Assembly (NCBI GenBank): GCA_019058315.1
Contig: JAHPZH010000001.1
Coordinates: forward strand, 789,169-853,168
DNA length: 64,000 bases
DNA from: Candidatus Helarchaeota archaeon
GTDB taxonomy: Archaea; Asgardarchaeota; Lokiarchaeia; Helarchaeales; RDOG01
Direction: 5' to 3'
The position numbers and the translations under genes were made by a program. The notes beneath the pieces were generated by a model, which saw only the letters and a program-made list of their open reading frames with translations, did not search any database and had not been told where the DNA came from. Each line of letters opens with the position of its first letter. Within the stretch, counting starts at the first letter, position 1. Positions 32,073 through 42,230 of the stretch are shown piece by piece.

Positions 32073-35000
32073 CTACGATTTTTTAAGCATTTTAGAATAA
32101 TTTCTTCTTTTTCTTTTCCATTTTCTTATAAACAAAATAGCAGTTACTCCAATTGAACCTAATATAACTCCAATTTGTGAAATCAAAGCCCAATTAGCAT
32201 CATTTAATTTAGGGAATAGTAATATCGGATGTTTTCCTTTATTATTACCATAAATAATGATTACTGTCTCATTATTGTTAGAATCTGTATAATTTCCCGT
32301 CCAATCATAAGCTCTTGCCCAAATATCATGTGTTCCATTTGGACCAAACCAAAGAAATTGAAATTGGTCAGGTTGTATTCCTTCCCCAATTTTTACACTT
32401 CCCTTATAATATTCGACCTTTGCTATACCTGATAAATCATCTGAAAGATTATTTACCCAAAATTCAACAGAATAATTATTTCGATGCCCATAGGTAAAAT
32501 TAAATACATTTGGTGCTTTTTTGTCAATATATAAATGAATCTTATCTGTTCTATTATTAGAATAATTATCATATGCCACAATGAATATTTCATATAAATC
32601 ATCATTAACACTATCAATATCCCATATGAATTCGCATTCCGTCATTGATGATAGAAATGGATCTTTATTAATAGAATCCATCAAAACACCATCATCTTTA
32701 GGATCACCGATAAAAAATTCTACCTTATGAACTCCAGAAAACTGATCATAGACTTCAACCTTAATTGTAACATCACCATTTTTTGCTTCTCCGTCATTAG
32801 GTTCAATGATAATACATTTTGAGGGAGGATCTGGATCTCCAATATAAATCATCGAAGGTCCATCATCTGCGAAATTACCACCATTATCATAAGCTACTAC
32901 ATAAATCGAGTGATTTCCTTCATCAGTTCTGTTTGTAACCCAAATAAATTTCCAAGAATCACCAAAGTTATAACTAGTTCCTATAAATTCTCCATTACTA
33001 TCAGGATCTCCATCATAATATTTTACATAAGCTATATCATTTGTATCATTAGCAGTGGCATATAATTCTATCGCTCCTGGTAATTGCGGAGATACTAATG
33101 GTGCAATTTTTACTAAATGTGGAGAACTCTTATCAATTAGAATTTGAATTTCTGAAATCTTATAATTACTATAATTGTCATATGCGCGAGTATAAATTGT
33201 TCTATAACCTTCTCCAAATCCCAATTCTGTTATATCTAAATCAAAATAAAAATAACCATCAACAGCAGGTTCAAATTGTATTTCGATAGGTTCATCCACT
33301 GTACTTGAAAGATTATCATATAATATCACATTATCAACTCCCGATTCGGGATTATTACTCAAATCAATATCTTCGGCTTGTACTCTTATTCTTGCCGTCT
33401 CTCCTACTATATTATCTGGTTTTGTGTTATTATTCTGATCTACAAGATCTATCTCACAGATTCGAGGAGGAACATTATCTCTTGTATAATATTCCCAAGG
33501 ATCATGAGATTTACTTAAATTTTCTATGGTAAAAGCTAAAGTCTGATATCTTTTATCCCTATAAACATCAATAATATATTGATCTGCAATATTTCTCGTT
33601 GGTTGATCCTCGAAAATATAACCCATAGTCTTGGTTTCTTCTTGTCCAACCTCGATAGATTGCTCTACTACCCATTTATATGTAAAAGTATAGTCAAATT
33701 GGTATTTATATTTACTTGTAATTCCAGTATAGGTTCCAAATCCTAATGGTGCAGAAATATATCCAATTGAATGTCCCCAATCATGCCCCAATTTAACATA
33801 CGCTCTAATATTACAACCCGTATTCGTGCTTAGTAAATAAGAAACAGCCTCACTATTCTCCTCTTCATAAGTGTAGGTTTGTCCACCACCTGTTAAAAAC
33901 AAATTATCTTTAAGTTTTGTTGCCTTAGGGTATAATATTGATATTATACTTGATGTATCTTCAATACTTGACGGAATTTCATCATCTAATTCAGACGAAT
34001 CGACAATATTATCATATACCAAATTAGCTCTTTTTAGTGCTTTTAATAATTTGGGTAATTTGGTGTTATTTTTAAAAGCTGTGGATATCTCTTGCATAGT
34101 TATTTGAATTTCACCACCCAAATCCATCCAAGTATAATATTTATATTCAGGTGGTGCTATTATTTCTCCTTTAGAATTGTATTTAGTAATTTCTACCAAA
34201 TAATAATAATCTAACTTATATCTTCCCCAAATTACATCCCCTCTACCAGGTCCCATAAATTCTTTATCGTTGGATTTTGATGATGTTATTTCTTCTGTGG
34301 TCTTTTCATAAATTCTCCAAGAATTATCATTTGTCCATTCAATAAAACCACCTCCCCCTATACCACCACCAAAACCATTTATTGTAAAAATGGAAATCAT
34401 ATCATGTTCATAACTTGTTTTTAAATTTATTTTAAGATCAATATATCTTTCAGAACCTTTTTTGATATACCCATAGCTACCAGTCCCAGGAGGATCATAA
34501 ATTATTCCATATATCACAGGAATATCAAATTCAGCGCCTTCTTCAATAATTCTTTCAGTTATGAAAATTTTTTCATCAGCAATATATTCATCAGTATTAT
34601 CAGGATCTTCTGAATTATATGTGTCATTTCCGAGAAATTCATAATGAAATTTATCGATTCTTAATGAATCTAATACTAAAATATCATTCTGGTTAATTGC
34701 AAGATCTATATTATTTTTAAGACCATTAGGAACTAAAGACCATCTAAATTGACCCCATTCTGATTTAAAATTACCATGTTTATCAAATTTCTGTATTCTC
34801 GAATTCCCTATATCTAATACATAAACACCTCCACAATAATCTCGCACAACTTTGTAGGGACCAATGAAATCTCCACACATGGATCCATACTTTCCCCATT
34901 CTCTCAAAATACTCCCATTCTCATAAATTACTTTAATCTTATTGTCTAATAAATCTGTAATATATATTTGATCTAAATCATCATTTGTAAATACACAAAT

Positions 35001-38000
35001 ACTGGTGGGTAATTTCAAATCTACATCTGAAATAGAATAATTTAATTCCGCCGAAGTCAAGTTATAGATATATGACCTTATGTAATAATTTCCACTTTGA
35101 TTTTCAGCTAAAATATTTATTTTATCAGTAATATAAAAATCTATGAAATTTAGATTTGGTTCATAAATAATTGTATTGAAGTACTGTATCTCATCATCAT
35201 ATATTTTTATTGTACTATCAGAATCCATTACTATTAAATAATTATTACTATCTATATCAATACGAAATGGAGATTCCAGTCCGGAATCACTTAGAGTCTT
35301 TCGATAATAACCGGATGAATTATAAATTTTAATACTATTATCTATTGAACTTATACCAAAGATATAACCAGTAGTATTCATAATGACTTCTGTCCAACTT
35401 TCATCATCCGTTAATTGAAAAGTAAGCTCTGGAGGAATCTCTTGTGAACCATATTTATATAGCATTGATTGGTTACTACTTATGTTCTTGAAAATATATA
35501 CATCCCTGAAATAATCAATTGAAAGAGAAATATCTTCTGATTCATTATAATTAAATTCATATCTACTGGTTAAATCGCTTTCATTTGAAAATTTAAGAAT
35601 TTGAGCTTCACCATCTAATTTATTTAGAAGATAAAGATTATCCTTTTTATCCATGAATATTTGGTGTTCAGTTAAATTTTGATCAATATGCCAGCGCTCT
35701 GAAATTTCTTGTGCTTCCCAATCTATTTTTAAAATTTCGTTAGTAGAATGAGAAAGATAATATAAGTTTCCTAACGAATCTACTTCAATTTGATTTTTTA
35801 GTCCTTCACTTGAAATTTCACCACTTCCATTATAATTACTAAGAGAACAATAATGATCCATTTCTTTATTACGACCTTCATAATAACCCTCTGACCATGA
35901 GAAATCTACTGCATCCACATAGTTTTTATAACTACCAGATTGAAAATTTTCAAACTGAATGTAACTATATGGAGTGCTATCAGAAGAAAAAGCATATTCC
36001 CCAGATGTTGGATATCTTATGTCATTTATAAACAAGTACCATCCACTAGAAACATTAAACACAACTTTAAAATGGTACCAAGTATTATCTATAGCACTGC
36101 AAATATAAAATAAATCGCTTCCATTTTTTCCCGTAAAATGGTCATTATTAATATAAGCACGACAATATTTTGAGCTGCCAGATTTCGGTGCTATAGTGAA
36201 GCGAAACTCATAAAAATTATTTACATCAGTGCTTTGTATATAAAACTCAACTATGCCATTATCATAATCATCTCCAAAAGAATATTCTATTTTATCATCC
36301 ACCTTAACCATCTCTACTACCTTTTTATGACCTATAACCTCACTAACAACTTGAACAGTTGTTGGTAAAGTTTCCTCAACAGTCCAACCACTAGGATTAC
36401 ACCCAATTGTATCATTTGTAAAACTAAATAAACCTTTATAATGTCCAGAAGTATAAGCAAATTTTAAAATTTCTGAATTAGTTAAACAATATATAGATTG
36501 ATTATCATCTATGACAATGCTTGATAAATTATCATAATTGGTGATATTTATTTGGTATATTTTTTCACCATCAAGAGCATATATAACCACATGTTCCGGT
36601 CCATTATCGTCATGAAGAGCATGATATAAGAATGATACATTTTCAAAGTTTTTTATTTCAATATCAGTCCCTGTACCATTTAATCCTGAATTAAATGTCG
36701 CTAAATAGTTACCATAATTATCAAATTTATATATTAAATTATCTTTTAATGCATAAATATTACCCTGTTTATCAAATGCAGGTGATATTGATGTATTAAG
36801 AGAACTCTGAGTAAAATTGGGTTCTATTATTGAAAGCAAAGATGGAAAATTTTTTAGATATCTATATTTCAAAATTGAATTATTCGTTGTAATTAGAATA
36901 TTATCATTCAAATCAACACATACATCAAGTGGGGTTGTTGTATTTATGTCAATTTTCGCAAAAATAATTAAACCTGTTAAAATATACAGACTATGGTTGT
37001 TATAATCTGGATCTGTATCAATTAAATATAATCTATTATGCGAATCGTAATATAATCCCAATGGATTATTAAATGTATTATTTATTTTAGATGAAGGTTC
37101 TCCTGTTGAGTCGAATATAATTAAACTTTTATTTTCCCCATCCGAAACGGTTAAACTACCTTCAGAATCTATAGCAATACCATAAGGTTCTTGGAAATAA
37201 TGAATTTCATCTTCAATCTCGTAACTATCCCAGTCTGTAATATACATATAACCTAAAATTTCTCGATTTTCCACTTCTTTATCAATGAAGAATTTTACTA
37301 TTCGCTTATTATTTTTATCAACAACATAAAGATAATCACGATTTTCTTTATCGGTATAAACTTCAAGATCATTGGGGAAGCTGAAAGTATCATTAGCTGC
37401 CCATGTATTGAAGTTAAAAAAATAAATAGAGTCTGAAAATATATGGATTCTATTATTTCCAGAATCTGCTACATAAATATAACCATCAGAATCAACTGTA
37501 ATTCCACCAGGATTATTAAATTCATATTCAACAGAGGGAGAGCCATTACCCCATTTCTTTATAAAATTGCCAAATTTGTCAAATTTGACTATTACATTAT
37601 TTGCAGAATCACATACATATTGATTTCCTTCAGAATCAACAGCCATTCCTCTTGAATTATTTAAATTCATATTCCCATATTGACTCCATTTATCAATGTA
37701 TGTTACTGTCGGAATTTCAAGTTCAGGAATGACAGTTCCCACTTGCCATAAAAAGTTGGTTTCATTATCATATTTTTGAATTCTATAGTTTAATGGGTCA
37801 GCAAGATAAAAATCATCTTGTTGGTCTATTACCAAACCGTTTGGAGCGTAAAATTCTCCTTCTTCATAACCTAGAATTCCCCAACTGCTTTCATTAATAT
37901 AATCGCCTGAAAAAGTAAATTTTTGTATTCTGTGGTTAAGTGAATCCATTATATGAACATCCCCTTCAGAATCGAACGCTATATCTGTAGGTTTCGAGAA

Positions 38001-39830
38001 TTCGCCTTCCTTATCACCGAACTTCCCCCATGTGCCTAATAAATTCCCAATTAGATCGTAATAACGAATCATATTATTTTCAATATCTGCTAAGTAAAGA
38101 TAATTGGTCGAATTAACTGTGATTTTAAAATTGTTACTTAATTGTGAATCTTGCCATTTACCAACGGGATCACCAGTTGGAGAAAATATTCTTATTTGTT
38201 TATTACCCGAATCTGCCACATATATTATTGGTAATTCCCATTGTCTTTCTGGGGAGAAAATTGTAATTCCTGAAGGTGTCTTTAACTTTCCTTCTTGATT
38301 GGCTTCCCCATATTCGCCCCACTCTAGAACAAACCTTCCATTTTCGTCGAATTTCTGAATACGATGGTTATAATAGTCAGCTACGTAAATATAATTGTTG
38401 TAATTTGAACCATTCCATTCCTTACTAATATCTAAAGCATAAGGATGATCAAATTGACCCTTTAAAGATCCTGAGCTTCCCCATTCTAAGGTAAAATTTC
38501 CGTTGGAATCAAATTTTTTAATACGATTGTTGAGAGTATCGGCAACATAGATAAATCCTTTAGAATCTATTGCAATATCACGGGGTTGATTCATATAAAT
38601 AGGTCTATCAATAAAAGAATTATCATTAAAAGTAATATTATAATAATTGAGTGTTAAATTGTATAAAAATGCGTTTGAATAACAATCTGTGCTGAAATTG
38701 ACTCTAAATTTAAATATATTTTGAGTAGTATTTCTATATTCCGCTACGCCCAGCCAATTATCCGTATTAAAATCATAATATTCCAAAGTGATATTTGTAC
38801 CTAATTGTTTCTCTGAATTTATATCGACAGCTAAAATAGTTACATTATCACATATTGGAATATCCTTAGATGTATAATAACCATTTGTGAAATTACTTTC
38901 TAAATTCAAGATTCTATTTTCATAATGATTATTTGAAAAATTAAAATCAACTGAATCTATCCAAACTGTAAGGGAGGCACTACTACCAGAAGTACAAGAG
39001 CGGCAAGCATTGAGAAGGGAAGGAGAGTTAATTAATGGATAATCTCCATATTTTACATCATCAACATAAATAAACCATGTTCCACTAGTACAATTCCAAT
39101 GAACTTTGGCATGATACCATGTATTAGACGCCACACTTCTGATATTGCACCAATATGTACCATCCCAATATTGTAATTTGCCATTAATATCACCACGAAA
39201 TCCTATCATTATTCCATCACCAACAGTTGGATAAGGATAAATACAAAAATCACTACGTTCATTAACGTCATCAGATCTAAAATAAAATTCACAAATACCA
39301 GTTACAGAATCGGAAAAATTACATTGAGCTTGACCATAACCAGAACCAGTATCGTTTAATAATATAGTATGATTATGACCAGATATACCTTCGATTATAT
39401 GAATTTCATTAGATCCTGTTGAAATATCTGCCCAGCCCTCAGGGATTGAGTCAATTGTATCATTTTTAAAATTATATTGGGCTTGAAATATTCCTGGATT
39501 CTCTGTTAGATTTAAGTTACCATATCCATAATTTACATTTTGACTAGAATTATGATATTCTGTAAAATTTTTAATAAGTATAGTGTGTATAAATGAATCA
39601 TCAGATTCGTCTTCATTTGTAGTTTGAAGAAAAAGTTCAAAAGGATCTTCAGGAATTGGGTTATAATTGTCAATATATTTGGTTTGTAAAGTGTTTAATA
39701 TTAAAGTAAAATTCAAAAATTCTCTATTTATAAAGTTTGGCTGATTAATTTCAAGAAAATTAGTGAAATTTGGTAAAGTTATTATTGAAATTAAAATTAA
39801 AATGATATATTTTCTTTTATTTGCTCCCAT
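32073..39830 (-). CDS. 2585-aa surface protein: NHL propellers, two LamG/ConA-like domains, DPPG region, Ig-like domains, C-terminal TM
   Basis: Repeated PxxIAxDSxGxIYVADxxNxRIQKFD; two copies of FxNDTI..PxGW...GH...DxVDF; TM then RKWKRKRR. Confidence 0.85.
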   Translation of the reverse strand: MGANKRKYIILILISIITLPNFTNFLEINQPNFINREFLNFTLILNTLQTKYIDNYNPIPEDPFELFLQTTNEDESDDSFIHTILIKNFTEYHNSSQNVNYGYGNLNLTENPGIFQAQYNFKNDTIDSIPEGWADISTGSNEIHIIEGISGHNHTILLNDTGSGYGQAQCNFSDSVTGICEFYFRSDDVNERSDFCIYPYPTVGDGIMIGFRGDINGKLQYWDGTYWCNIRSVASNTWYHAKVHWNCTSGTWFIYVDDVKYGDYPLINSPSLLNACRSCTSGSSASLTVWIDSVDFNFSNNHYENRILNLESNFTNGYYTSKDIPICDNVTILAVDINSEKQLGTNITLEYYDFNTDNWLGVAEYRNTTQNIFKFRVNFSTDCYSNAFLYNLTLNYYNITFNDNSFIDRPIYMNQPRDIAIDSKGFIYVADTLNNRIKKFDSNGNFTLEWGSSGSLKGQFDHPYALDISKEWNGSNYNNYIYVADYYNHRIQKFDENGRFVLEWGEYGEANQEGKLKTPSGITIFSPERQWELPIIYVADSGNKQIRIFSPTGDPVGKWQDSQLSNNFKITVNSTNYLYLADIENNMIRYYDLIGNLLGTWGKFGDKEGEFSKPTDIAFDSEGDVHIMDSLNHRIQKFTFSGDYINESSWGILGYEEGEFYAPNGLVIDQQDDFYLADPLNYRIQKYDNETNFLWQVGTVIPELEIPTVTYIDKWSQYGNMNLNNSRGMAVDSEGNQYVCDSANNVIVKFDKFGNFIKKWGNGSPSVEYEFNNPGGITVDSDGYIYVADSGNNRIHIFSDSIYFFNFNTWAANDTFSFPNDLEVYTDKENRDYLYVVDKNNKRIVKFFIDKEVENREILGYMYITDWDSYEIEDEIHYFQEPYGIAIDSEGSLTVSDGENKSLIIFDSTGEPSSKINNTFNNPLGLYYDSHNRLYLIDTDPDYNNHSLYILTGLIIFAKIDINTTTPLDVCVDLNDNILITTNNSILKYRYLKNFPSLLSIIEPNFTQSSLNTSISPAFDKQGNIYALKDNLIYKFDNYGNYLATFNSGLNGTGTDIEIKNFENVSFLYHALHDDNGPEHVVIYALDGEKIYQINITNYDNLSSIVIDDNQSIYCLTNSEILKFAYTSGHYKGLFSFTNDTIGCNPSGWTVEETLPTTVQVVSEVIGHKKVVEMVKVDDKIEYSFGDDYDNGIVEFYIQSTDVNNFYEFRFTIAPKSGSSKYCRAYINNDHFTGKNGSDLFYICSAIDNTWYHFKVVFNVSSGWYLFINDIRYPTSGEYAFSSDSTPYSYIQFENFQSGSYKNYVDAVDFSWSEGYYEGRNKEMDHYCSLSNYNGSGEISSEGLKNQIEVDSLGNLYYLSHSTNEILKIDWEAQEISERWHIDQNLTEHQIFMDKKDNLYLLNKLDGEAQILKFSNESDLTSRYEFNYNESEDISLSIDYFRDVYIFKNISSNQSMLYKYGSQEIPPELTFQLTDDESWTEVIMNTTGYIFGISSIDNSIKIYNSSGYYRKTLSDSGLESPFRIDIDSNNYLIVMDSDSTIKIYDDEIQYFNTIIYEPNLNFIDFYITDKINILAENQSGNYYIRSYIYNLTSAELNYSISDVDLKLPTSICVFTNDDLDQIYITDLLDNKIKVIYENGSILREWGKYGSMCGDFIGPYKVVRDYCGGVYVLDIGNSRIQKFDKHGNFKSEWGQFRWSLVPNGLKNNIDLAINQNDILVLDSLRIDKFHYEFLGNDTYNSEDPDNTDEYIADEKIFITERIIEEGAEFDIPVIYGIIYDPPGTGSYGYIKKGSERYIDLKINLKTSYEHDMISIFTINGFGGGIGGGGFIEWTNDNSWRIYEKTTEEITSSKSNDKEFMGPGRGDVIWGRYKLDYYYLVEITKYNSKGEIIAPPEYKYYTWMDLGGEIQITMQEISTAFKNNTKLPKLLKALKRANLVYDNIVDSSELDDEIPSSIEDTSSIISILYPKATKLKDNLFLTGGGQTYTYEEENSEAVSYLLSTNTGCNIRAYVKLGHDWGHSIGYISAPLGFGTYTGITSKYKYQFDYTFTYKWVVEQSIEVGQEETKTMGYIFEDQPTRNIADQYIIDVYRDKRYQTLAFTIENLSKSHDPWEYYTRDNVPPRICEIDLVDQNNNTKPDNIVGETARIRVQAEDIDLSNNPESGVDNVILYDNLSSTVDEPIEIQFEPAVDGYFYFDLDITELGFGEGYRTIYTRAYDNYSNYKISEIQILIDKSSPHLVKIAPLVSPQLPGAIELYATANDTNDIAYVKYYDGDPDSNGEFIGTSYNFGDSWKFIWVTNRTDEGNHSIYVVAYDNGGNFADDGPSMIYIGDPDPPSKCIIIEPNDGEAKNGDVTIKVEVYDQFSGVHKVEFFIGDPKDDGVLMDSINKDPFLSSMTECEFIWDIDSVNDDLYEIFIVAYDNYSNNRTDKIHLYIDKKAPNVFNFTYGHRNNYSVEFWVNNLSDDLSGIAKVEYYKGSVKIGEGIQPDQFQFLWFGPNGTHDIWARAYDWTGNYTDSNNNETVIIIYGNNKGKHPILLFPKLNDANWALISQIGVILGSIGVTAILFIRKWKRKRRNYSKMLKKS

Positions 39831-40523
39831 TTTGGGTTTTCTCCTATCAATTAAATTTAAAGAATTTTCCTATGTTAATTCCCTTGGAAGTATATAAACC
39901 CCACAAAAGTCATATTTAAAGATTATTGAATATTTTATTGATATATAGAAAGATTTATCTAGAGAATGCTTTGTTTTTAAACCGCATAGTATATAATTTT
40001 TTATCTTTATATCCTTATTTTATTGAATAAAAATAAATATTTCCGTTTTTCTTATTATAAACCAAAATATATCAGATTATTCAATAACCCACTTCTGTAT
40101 CTATGATACATACCAAAGATATTTTGTTTCATAAATACAAAATAAATATACTAATAAATTGATTGTTTAAATTTTATAAAGTGACTTATTCTGTAATCAT
40201 CTTCTGACTTTAATTAAAAAAAAATTAGCATATTGAGAAGAAAATTTAATTTCTTTCAAAAGACTCAATAGAAAATCAAAATATTGATTATAAGAATAAT
40301 GGATATAAATATATTAGAACTAGAATCCTAATTATTACTCAAGTATTAACAATTTGTATTAATTAAATAGAAATTAAAAATTGGGATCTATTCGAAGGTC
40401 TTTGTAGCCAAATTTTACAGAATTTAGTACTGAATAACTTATTTTCTTTTTTTTTTAAATTTTTAAATTTTCATCTATTTTCAGGAACTAAATTCAAGAT
40501 TTAATTTATCAATAAATTTATCG

Positions 40524-40715
40524 ATGAGAGATGATGATAGTTGGGCTTATTTATTCTATAATCCAATATCAAGCAATGATAATTTGCCACCTTTAATTCT
40601 ACTATTAACGATGCTAGAAGCTGGAGATTAATTAATATTCATATATCTAATAATTGGAATCGGTGCAGCGGCAGTAATAGTCATATTAATTATTGTGATA
40701 AAGCAGAAAAAATAA
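40524..40715 (+). pseudogene. Remnant of a paralogous C-terminal membrane anchor of the downstream WD40 gene
   Basis: Translates to YLFYN..DNLPPLILLLTMLEAGD*LIFIYLIIGIGAAAVIVILIIVIKQKK*, colinear with the end of 40886-42175; CAA>TAA at 40629. Confidence 0.75.
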
Positions 40716-40885
40716 TTTTCAAATAAACTTTATTCTTTTTCTTTTTTATAATAACAAAAAGATAGTTGTTCTAAAATCAATTTGCTTTTGCAATCCTAGC
40801 ATTAAATTAGACATTTCCTCAATGAAAAGATTTTTTAATCTATTTATTGAATTCAATTAAGAATTATTCATATCGAGGGAAAAAT

Positions 40886-42175
40886 ATGAAAAGGAAAATT
40901 GTAATTTTACTGTTCTCCCAAACAATCTTGATTTTTACGATGATTTTTCCGAGCTTAATGGCTATAACTAGTCAGAGCAACATATCTAACAATCTAGTTT
41001 TATCTATTACTGATACAAACAATGATCTAATATCATCCACAACTCCTATTCTATTAGGTAAATGGTCTACGAAAGAATATCCTTGCACAGTAGACATTTC
41101 GGCGGATGGGAGATACTTTGTGTCAGGAGAAGTAATTCATTGCAATGTTACATTTTATAATAGAAATGGTCCTAAGTGGTTCAACGACACTGGAGCTGCT
41201 ATTAATTTCGTTGCCATTTCTGCAGATGGTCAATATGTTGTTTCTGGAGATGATGATTATAATCTTACTTTATTTAACCGAACTCATCATTTATTAGATT
41301 ATTACAATTTTACCAGTGGAGTTAATACAGTTGCGATTTCCGAAGATGGTATGTTCTTTGTTGTTGGAAATAATAATGGAAATGTTACTTTGTTCAATAG
41401 ATCCAACCCCAATTTCAATCAAATTAATAAGATGTGGGGTCATTCAGTAGGTGGAAGCGTTCATTCCGTAGATATTTCAAGGAACGGTAAATACATCGTT
41501 TCTGGAAATGATGCTGGAAATGTTACTTTATTTACACAAAACAATACAATACTATGGGAGTATAATACTGGAATTACTATAGTCAATTCAGTGGGAATTT
41601 CAGCCGATGGTGATTATATCGTCTCTGGGGATGCTGAACATAATGTTACTCTATTTAATAGAACTGACTGTTTTCTATGGAATTATCTAGCAGGAGATGG
41701 TATTAATTCAGTGGCAATTTCGCAAGATAGTCAATATATAGTTGCAGGAGACACTGGTGGTAACGTTACTTTCTTTATGCAAAACAGTACGAAATTATGG
41801 GATTATGAGACTGAGAGTTATGACGTATATGATGTAGCAATCTCGATAGATGGTCAATATGTAGTTGCCGGAGATGGCAATAGTAATATTACCTTGTTCA
41901 ATAGGGACGGATTTGTGTGGTTCTATGAAACTGGAGATGATGTTGAGGCTGTGGCGATTTCTGCAGATGGTCGATATATCGTTGGTGGATCAAATGATCA
42001 AAACGTATATTTGCTTTATAATGGAGTTCCAAGTAAAGATAATTTGCTACCTTTAATTATACTATTAGGGATGCAAGAAACTGGAGATCAAGTAATATAC
42101 ATATTTTTAATAATTGGAATAGGTGCAGCGGCGGCAATAGTAATATTTATTGTTTTGATAAAAAAGGGAGAATAA
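40886..42175 (+). CDS. Membrane-anchored extracellular WD40/PQQ-like beta-propeller protein
   Basis: About eight VAISADGxYIVxGDxxxNVTLF repeats; signal peptide from ATG 40886; C-terminal TM. Confidence 0.85.
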   Translation: MKRKIVILLFSQTILIFTMIFPSLMAITSQSNISNNLVLSITDTNNDLISSTTPILLGKWSTKEYPCTVDISADGRYFVSGEVIHCNVTFYNRNGPKWFNDTGAAINFVAISADGQYVVSGDDDYNLTLFNRTHHLLDYYNFTSGVNTVAISEDGMFFVVGNNNGNVTLFNRSNPNFNQINKMWGHSVGGSVHSVDISRNGKYIVSGNDAGNVTLFTQNNTILWEYNTGITIVNSVGISADGDYIVSGDAEHNVTLFNRTDCFLWNYLAGDGINSVAISQDSQYIVAGDTGGNVTFFMQNSTKLWDYETESYDVYDVAISIDGQYVVAGDGNSNITLFNRDGFVWFYETGDDVEAVAISADGRYIVGGSNDQNVYLLYNGVPSKDNLLPLIILLGMQETGDQVIYIFLIIGIGAAAAIVIFIVLIKKGE

Positions 42176-42230
42176 ATCTCAAATTATTTTTTTTAATTTT
42201 TTTAATTTTATATGAAATTTTTTCTCAGGA

